Shown here one piece after another: positions 26,601 to 32,000 of a stretch of DNA of 32,000 nucleotides (position 1 is its first letter; each line of letters starts with the position of its first letter). A model generated the notes under the pieces. It searched no databases. It saw only the letters and a program-made list of their open reading frames with translations, and was not told the DNA's origin. The translations under genes were made by a program, and so were the position numbers. The DNA comes from a bacterium (GTDB lineage Bacteria > UBP7 > UBA6624): positions 91,645 through 123,644 of the forward strand of contig PBAU01000010.1 in assembly GCA_002716355.1 (NCBI GenBank), written 5' to 3'.

Positions 26601-27561
26601 AAAGCTGATACATGCTTTATATGTTTTAATATTACTAATTCCCACCTCCTGCAAAGAAGCAGGTCAAGAACAAATTCAAAAATCTGAGATAAAGGAATGG
26701 AAAATAATATCTTTAGCACCATCAACAACAAGCATGCTTGCAGAGCTTGGCTTGTCTGAACACATTGTTGCAGTAGATTCATTTTCAAAAAAAGGTTCAA
26801 GTTTTTTAGACATTGGTGGACTCATTGATCCGAACTATGAATTAATAACAACAATCAAACCAACGCATATCATTGGCTTGAATAGCCATTCAAAAATCAA
26901 AGAGAAGCTGCATTTCATGAATTCGAAATGGATGTTAAATCCATCAGAAAGCCTTAATGATTATTTTCAAACAATCCAAGAAATAGGTAAAGAATTCAAT
27001 AAAGACCTTGAAGCAGAAAAACATTTGATGGAGATAGAAGAACTTGTAAAATCCTTAAGGGAGCTGATATCCCTAAATACAAATTGCGAATTGCTAAAAT
27101 TTGAATATTGCCAAAATGAAAAAAAAATAATGATGATTATTTCAAGAAAACCTGGTGAAATAACAAACATGTTGGCAGCTGGAAAAGGAACTTTCCTTTC
27201 TGAAATTATTGAAAAACTAGGTGTAAAAAACGCAATAAAGAATCAAGAAAGGGCATTGAATCCTTATTGGCCAAATATAGGTGCTGAAAGCTTAATTGCA
27301 ATAAACCCGGATGAAATATGGGAATTTGGAGAAAAGAGCGATGATCAAAATTTATGTTGCGATATTGATAGTTTTTTTTACCCTTACCTTAAGCTAGAAA
27401 ACATCACAGCTGTAAAAAATAAAAAAATAAAACTATTCCAGGATACCGACTTAACCGTTCCGGGAACAAATATAAAAAAAACATTGATTCGATTTGCAAT
27501 AGAGCTCTATCCTGAAATAAAAGATAATATAAAAATACTAATCAAGCCAGCGAGAAGCTGA
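26566..27561 (+). CDS. BtuF-like periplasmic binding protein (class III / Peripla_BP_2 type), probable lipoprotein
   Basis: 331 aa as tracked. The real start may be one of the GTG codons at 26584-26592, which would give VVVGIKKLIHALYVLILLIPTSC. Motif KIISLAPSTTSMLAELGLSEHIVAVDSFS...LITTIKPTHIIGL is typical of cobalamin/siderophore binding proteins. It overlaps or abuts the upstream ORF. Confidence 0.7.
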   Translation: MEIRCSVVVGIKKLIHALYVLILLIPTSCKEAGQEQIQKSEIKEWKIISLAPSTTSMLAELGLSEHIVAVDSFSKKGSSFLDIGGLIDPNYELITTIKPTHIIGLNSHSKIKEKLHFMNSKWMLNPSESLNDYFQTIQEIGKEFNKDLEAEKHLMEIEELVKSLRELISLNTNCELLKFEYCQNEKKIMMIISRKPGEITNMLAAGKGTFLSEIIEKLGVKNAIKNQERALNPYWPNIGAESLIAINPDEIWEFGEKSDDQNLCCDIDSFFYPYLKLENITAVKNKKIKLFQDTDLTVPGTNIKKTLIRFAIELYPEIKDNIKILIKPARS

Positions 27562-28890
27562 CCATAATTCAAGTGAATTATCACCTTTGTAACAAAGAAA
27601 ATCGCTACCATTAAAAGCTAACATAAGTGTTGAGCGTGACGCTAAATTTTGATCTTTTTTACCAATTACCTTCAAGCCAAAATGACCTGCTGCTAAGTAA
27701 TTTTGGCCTATGTCCAATAAGGAAAGTACGGAACTCTTCAAATTAATCTTTTTAAAGTTTTTATCTTCAAAATAAACACTTCCATCAACAGTCGAAAATG
27801 CTGAACCTGAAAAACTTAAACCTGCACAGCTCAAATCTTTTTTCTTTTTAGGCATGAAGCTGTTGTTTTTTTCGTAAAGCGTAAATAAGCTTCCATAAAG
27901 ATCAACAAGGTGAATGTTTTTCTCTCCATAAAAAACAATACTGATACCATTTTTTTCCTCAAAAACTACAGTGGGTTTATCATTTTCTACAAGGACTAAG
28001 GAACCTTCCAGAGAGCCTATTAGAAGCTTGTTGTTTTCAAGATCTGCACAAATAGGCTTTATGTTCAATTTAAAATCTGAAATAAGATTCAGGCCCTTGT
28101 CCCATTTTGAAACGAAGCCGTCTGAAGATACTGCAAATAAAAAATTCTTGTTTGAAACAAGTGCGATTATTTTTTTCTTGTGAAAATCTAAAATTCTTGA
28201 TTCGCTTATCTCTTTTTCATGAATGTTTAAAACAGCAATATCACCATTAACCTTTCCCGTAATCCAAAATCCTGAAAAATACGCTACTGCAGTCAAGCCA
28301 GAAAAATCAGAAAAAGCCCTGGGTGATTCACCAACCTCTACGAGGGCGTCATTTACCCATTCTCCATTTAAGTTTTCAGAAACGGCTTGATTGCATAATG
28401 CAATGGTTTTTAAATATTTTTTTTCGCTTAATGCATTTTTAATATCTCTTTTATAGAGTTTCTTTTTTTCTCTTTTTTCGCTTAAAGCCAGGTCTTCTAG
28501 ATGTTGTTTTGCTGATGCGTTGGAACCATCAACAGACAGAATTTCAAGAGCTATCTCTTTTGCCTTTGCAGGCTTAGAGCGCTTTAGCTTATTCATGTTT
28601 TCCAATAATTTTTCTATTTTTTCTTTTTTTAACTTCGTTAAAATTTCTTGGGCCCATTGTATGGATGGAGCCTTTTTAAGAACCTTTAGGACATGGTCAT
28701 AGCAGTCATCCCAACTACCATTTTCCAAAAGTTCCTCACATTTTTCTTTTTGCTCATCTGCCCACATTGCCTTATCTACAGATTCCCTACCACCTTCAAT
28801 AAGCCAAGAACCACAAAAACGACACTTGTAAGCACCTTGCATAATCATCTCTCCACAGTAAGGACAAGGTATTCTTTTTTCGTTACTCAT
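27538..28890 (-). CDS. Zinc-ribbon / helical / degenerate WD40-like beta-propeller protein (cytoplasmic, uncharacterised)
   Basis: 450 aa. N-terminus CPYCGEMIMQGAYKCRFCGSW is a C4 zinc ribbon, followed by a K/E-rich helical region. The remaining ~260 aa carry repeated motifs (SSDGFVSKWD, SLEGSLVLVEN, LYGSLFTLYE, TVDGSVYFED). The ATG overlaps the upstream gene stop by 8 nt. Confidence 0.7.
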   Translation of the reverse strand: MSNEKRIPCPYCGEMIMQGAYKCRFCGSWLIEGGRESVDKAMWADEQKEKCEELLENGSWDDCYDHVLKVLKKAPSIQWAQEILTKLKKEKIEKLLENMNKLKRSKPAKAKEIALEILSVDGSNASAKQHLEDLALSEKREKKKLYKRDIKNALSEKKYLKTIALCNQAVSENLNGEWVNDALVEVGESPRAFSDFSGLTAVAYFSGFWITGKVNGDIAVLNIHEKEISESRILDFHKKKIIALVSNKNFLFAVSSDGFVSKWDKGLNLISDFKLNIKPICADLENNKLLIGSLEGSLVLVENDKPTVVFEEKNGISIVFYGEKNIHLVDLYGSLFTLYEKNNSFMPKKKKDLSCAGLSFSGSAFSTVDGSVYFEDKNFKKINLKSSVLSLLDIGQNYLAAGHFGLKVIGKKDQNLASRSTLMLAFNGSDFLCYKGDNSLELWSASRWLD

Positions 28891-31513
28891 TTCTCTCTTC
28901 CATGTTTAAAAAAACCAAATTTTCCTCTGAAACAACAACGAGCATTTCAATATCTAAATAATTCAAAAAGCCTAATGTCCAAATCTTGCCCAAAGAAGGA
29001 TCCCAATTTATCTCAGATAACTGATTGCCATCTGAATCAAAAACAAACACCTTGTCAGTAAATTCAGTTGCAAAAGCAAAGCTACCACTATCATTCACCA
29101 CAACACTTCCAAGCTTGATAGATTTTGGATCTTTTAACATTTTTTTTGCTTTCGGAAAATCCTGAGATGCGTTCCCTATCCACACCTGACCATTTTGATC
29201 AAATGCAAAAATAGTTCCAGAATCATTAAGAAGGACATCTGTAACTGGTTGATTTATTGTCAAATTTCCTACAGCAGATAAACCCATAAGCTCTCCTTTC
29301 ATTACACTGTAAAGGGAAACAATGGAGTTGTTGGGTCCAAAATTATAACCAATAGCAATATGTTCATTATTGTTAACGCTTAACTTGATCTGTCTTGACT
29401 CAAGCCCATCCCAAACAAACTTACTAGAGCCATAGCCCATAACAACCTGGAGGGATCTTGTTTCACTCTCGTGAAAAACACCGAAACCATTATCTGCAAG
29501 ATCAAAAGCATCAAAATACCTTTTGCTTGAAATGATCTTTCTCTTTTCCGATCCGGCCTGAGAGTCCACCCACGCCCCTTTTGAAGAAGCCCAAAAAACT
29601 TCACTTTCAAAATGAACTTTTTGCACTAGTGAGTCGTCAACATCACCATCACCATTCTCTAAATTTGAAAATCTGAATGGTGAAGAAGATAATATACGAT
29701 ATCCACCCCTTACACCTAGCAACAATTCAATATTTTTAAAATCTTCAGATTGTGAAAGCGAATAAACCTGTTCCGGCAAGTTGAAAACATACACGGGAAG
29801 ATTGTCAATTTTAGAAAGTTCATAAAGTTGTGCAAAAATCAAAGCTTCATCTTCTTTCTCTAATAGCAACAAAGGGAAGGCTTTTTCTGAAAAATACCGT
29901 ACCTCTTCAGCAGTTGAGTTTTTTAAAAAATAATCTAAATTATCCTTAAACAAGCTTCCAAATGGTATTTTTTGAGATAGCTCAAACATAACTTCTGCTT
30001 CAAGAAGCCAATCCGGCTTCTCTATCCTAAGCCCACTTAAAAGCAAGGATAACTCTTTTAAAAAATCATCATCATAATCAAGATAAGGGTTGATGTGCAT
30101 GTCTATTTTTGTTGACTCTTTTATTTCGGACAATCTCATTTCGTAAGATTTTTTCAGAAGTAAAGATACCCACGCCAAATCTGGTTTCAAAGGTATTTTT
30201 TTCAACTCTGATATCGATTCTTTGAAATTTCCTGAATCAAATAAAGATTGAATTTTTATCTTTAAAGAAACAAAAGCGTCTTGCTCATAGCTTGCAAGCA
30301 GGTTTGAAACATCTGCACTTTCTGGCCATTCTTGACTTAAATCATTCAACAAGGATGAAGCTCTAACCCAATTTTCCTCTTCTATATAAGACCTTGCTTC
30401 CCTTATTTTGCTTTTTGGCGGAATGCTTGGGTCTTTCAGCAAAAGTGAAGATATCAAGAAAATAACCGCTATCGCACAAATTTGAAAGTATCTATTTTTT
30501 AAAAACTTTTTCTCTTTGATTTGGCTTATGAAAGATACATCACCCCTTCCTTCATCCTTTTTTTCAACTAATAATTCAACTTTTTCTCTTTTTTCTTTTT
30601 TAGGCTTTTTGGCTATTTTGTTTGATTTTGGCTTTTTGCCCCAGCCTAAAACTGTGCCATTTGAAAGCGTTCCAAGCAAAGCAGCACCATCTAAAGACCA
30701 TTCGAAAGAGGTTACTCCTTCGCTTTTTGAAATATTTGACAAATATTTTTTTCTTTTGTTCCAATCTAACAAAATTGCATTTTCATACTTTCTTCCAACG
30801 GCCAAAAGTGAATGTTTTGGAGAAAAAGATAACGATGTTACAGGAGCTTCACAATCAAAATTTTTCAAAAGTGTCCAATCCCCATTTTTCCATATAGAAA
30901 CAGAACCATCATCCGATCCTGTAGCTATTAAAAATCCACCGGAGTGAACAGCTAGAGATGAAATACTATCCCTATGTGCAGGTATTTCTGAAATCAAATT
31001 ACCTCTTATGTCTAAAACATGAAAACTAGGCCTTTCCCCAACTACCAAAAGAGAAGAATCTGGCAACTTTTCCAAACCATGCACACTTCCTATATCTATT
31101 TGCTTTTCCCAAATAGCCTCGCCATCTAAGCCCCAACATCTAACCCTGCCATCCTGGCCTCCAGAAACCAAAAAATTAGAAAAAACAGATAAAGAATAAA
31201 CAAAACCTTTAAAACCGGCTATCTTGCTTAACGTTTCCCCGGTTTCAACATCAACACGCAAAATAGAACCATTGCCTCCAACAAAAAGAGAGCCATCTTC
31301 ATGGAAGAACAAAGACAAAACCATACCTCCAAAACCCCTTATGACTTTCTTTCTAGATCCTGTTGAATAATCCCATATCAAAACACGATCGTCTAAACCA
31401 CCTGTGGCATAAATTTTTCCATTTGGATGAGCTGCAACACAAGCAGCTTCTGCTAGATGTTCTACCAGTTTAAAAGACTTCATAACTCTTACTGGCTCAA
31501 ATACAAGAACCAT
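28883..31513 (-). CDS. Membrane-spanning protein: N-terminal WD40 propeller, Lys-rich linker, single TM helix, helical region, C-terminal propeller-like domain
   Basis: 876 aa. WD-like blades are visible (GGLDDRVLIWD, GGQDGRVRCWG, GSDDGSVSIWK, SNGTVLGWG). The linker is KKPKSNKIAKKPKKEKREK and the TM helix is YFQICAIAVIFLISSLLL. The C-terminal part has DQNGQVWIGN and FDSDGNQLSEINWD. The start could instead be M11. Confidence 0.75.
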   Translation of the reverse strand: MVLVFEPVRVMKSFKLVEHLAEAACVAAHPNGKIYATGGLDDRVLIWDYSTGSRKKVIRGFGGMVLSLFFHEDGSLFVGGNGSILRVDVETGETLSKIAGFKGFVYSLSVFSNFLVSGGQDGRVRCWGLDGEAIWEKQIDIGSVHGLEKLPDSSLLVVGERPSFHVLDIRGNLISEIPAHRDSISSLAVHSGGFLIATGSDDGSVSIWKNGDWTLLKNFDCEAPVTSLSFSPKHSLLAVGRKYENAILLDWNKRKKYLSNISKSEGVTSFEWSLDGAALLGTLSNGTVLGWGKKPKSNKIAKKPKKEKREKVELLVEKKDEGRGDVSFISQIKEKKFLKNRYFQICAIAVIFLISSLLLKDPSIPPKSKIREARSYIEEENWVRASSLLNDLSQEWPESADVSNLLASYEQDAFVSLKIKIQSLFDSGNFKESISELKKIPLKPDLAWVSLLLKKSYEMRLSEIKESTKIDMHINPYLDYDDDFLKELSLLLSGLRIEKPDWLLEAEVMFELSQKIPFGSLFKDNLDYFLKNSTAEEVRYFSEKAFPLLLLEKEDEALIFAQLYELSKIDNLPVYVFNLPEQVYSLSQSEDFKNIELLLGVRGGYRILSSSPFRFSNLENGDGDVDDSLVQKVHFESEVFWASSKGAWVDSQAGSEKRKIISSKRYFDAFDLADNGFGVFHESETRSLQVVMGYGSSKFVWDGLESRQIKLSVNNNEHIAIGYNFGPNNSIVSLYSVMKGELMGLSAVGNLTINQPVTDVLLNDSGTIFAFDQNGQVWIGNASQDFPKAKKMLKDPKSIKLGSVVVNDSGSFAFATEFTDKVFVFDSDGNQLSEINWDPSLGKIWTLGFLNYLDIEMLVVVSEENLVFLNMEERNE

Positions 31514-31536
31514 TCATTATAGTTAAAATATTAATA

Positions 31537-31556
31537 TAATTCAATTAATTGAATTA
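31537..31556. promoter_or_regulatory. 20-nt perfect palindrome in a 58-bp divergent intergenic region (candidate operator)
   Basis: taattcaattaattgaatta equals its own reverse complement. It lies between the start of the WD40 gene (31513) and the RBS/ATG of the repeat-protein gene (31572). Confidence 0.4.
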
Positions 31557-31571
31557 AAGGGAGGTCTCTTA

Positions 31572-32000
31572 ATGAACACTAAATATCTATGGCTTATAGC
31601 TGGTTTAATCATTTTGGTTTTATCCACCTCAGAGCCAGAAGAAGGCAACAGGATGCAAATGATCCAAATGACAAAACAGGAAGGAAATGACTGGAGTCAA
31701 GAAAGAATGGAAGATTGGCGTGAGGTTGAAATGAAGCGAAGGGAGATGATGGAAAGAGGCAATTGGGACCGAGATGAGATGGGAGACAGGCGCGAGATGG
31801 AAAGAGGCAATTGGGACCGAGATGAGATGGAAAAAGATATTAGAGTTTTTCATTTTGAAACAAGCAACCCTGACGAAGCTAGAAAAAAAATGGCTGAAAT
31901 GATGGAAAGCATTGTAAAAGGCATGGGCAATATGCACATGGAGAAAGGCTGGGACATGAAAGGCAAAGGCATGGAGAAAGGCTGGGACATGAAAGGCAAA
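31572..32000 (+). CDS. Met/Trp/Asp/Arg-rich tandem-repeat protein with N-terminal signal/anchor; 3' end lies outside the window
   Basis: Not in the ORF track because it runs off the end. AAAGGGAGG RBS 8 nt upstream of the ATG. My translation: MNTKYLWLIAGLIILVLSTSEPEEGNRMQMIQM...EMMERGNWDRDEMGDRREMERGNWDRDEMEKD...GMGNMHMEKGWDMKGKGMEKGWDMKGK. It is in frame through position 32000. Confidence 0.7.
   Translation, partial: MNTKYLWLIAGLIILVLSTSEPEEGNRMQMIQMTKQEGNDWSQERMEDWREVEMKRREMMERGNWDRDEMGDRREMERGNWDRDEMEKDIRVFHFETSNPDEARKKMAEMMESIVKGMGNMHMEKGWDMKGKGMEKGWDMKGK
31749..31830 (+). repeat. Two identical 34-nt copies spaced 48 nt apart, in-frame coding repeat
   Basis: atggaaagaggcaattgggaccgagatgagatgg occurs at 31749-31782 and again at 31797-31830. 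It encodes MERGNWDRDEM. Confidence 0.9.
31938..32000 (+). repeat. 33-nt tandem coding repeat continuing past the window end
   Basis: atggagaaaggctgggacatgaaaggcaaaggc occurs at 31938-31970 and restarts at 31971. It encodes MEKGWDMKGKG. Confidence 0.9.

Noticed and set aside
31629-31937. 102-aa minus-strand His/Phe/Ser-rich repetitive ORF
   Set aside because: It is the mirror image of the plus-strand tandem coding repeats. The plus-strand frame has a strong GGGAGG RBS, an ATG and a signal-like N-terminus.
31749-32000. Direct repeats considered as a CRISPR-like or non-coding array
   Set aside because: The periods of 48 and 33 nt are multiples of three and in frame within an ORF. The first pair has only a 14-nt spacer, while the second units are contiguous with no spacer. 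No cas genes are present.

Overview
This window is an AT-rich (roughly one-third G+C by eye, not computed), very gene-dense bacterial chromosomal segment. I see no transposase, integrase, CRISPR array or rRNA. Many neighbouring genes overlap by 4-14 nt (ATGA, TTGA, ATGTTAA), which suggests a streamlined genome with long operons; taxon not assigned.

Gene content, left to right:
- 1-3209: a partial thiolase, a small molybdopterin (sulfite-oxidase-like) oxidoreductase, a glutaredoxin-like protein and a 512-aa hypothetical.
- 3350-8935: Fe/Mn superoxide dismutase, a large secreted Met-zincin metalloprotease and an SNF2-family helicase.
- 8969-16320: a plus-strand run that couples a sugar-modification trio (DegT aminotransferase, GT4 glycosyltransferase, GNAT-like protein) to purH, a leuD-like small subunit, a short LeuA/homocitrate-synthase-like enzyme and an SdiA-regulated-like protein.
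- 16310-25226: a ~9 kb minus-strand translation supercluster. In transcription order it holds tRNA-CAT, tRNA-Val(TAC), a COG1579-like zinc-ribbon coiled-coil protein, cysS, tRNA-Gly, tRNA-Cys, tRNA-Val(GAC), thrS, infC, rpmI, rplT, gatA, gatB and a secreted hypothetical.

Most interesting part (25.3-32 kb):
- A clear cobalamin riboswitch drives a two-gene unit: an uncharacterised Cys-anchored lipoprotein plus a BtuF-like binding protein. No BtuB or BtuCD lies nearby.
- Next comes an overlapping two-gene cassette of uncharacterised WD40/beta-propeller proteins. One starts with a zinc ribbon. The other carries a cytoplasmic WD40 propeller, one TM helix and a large periplasmic part.
- It is divergently paired, across a 20-nt perfect palindrome, with a Met/Trp/Asp-rich tandem-repeat protein that runs off the window end.

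All functional calls come from motifs read in the translations. No database search was run.
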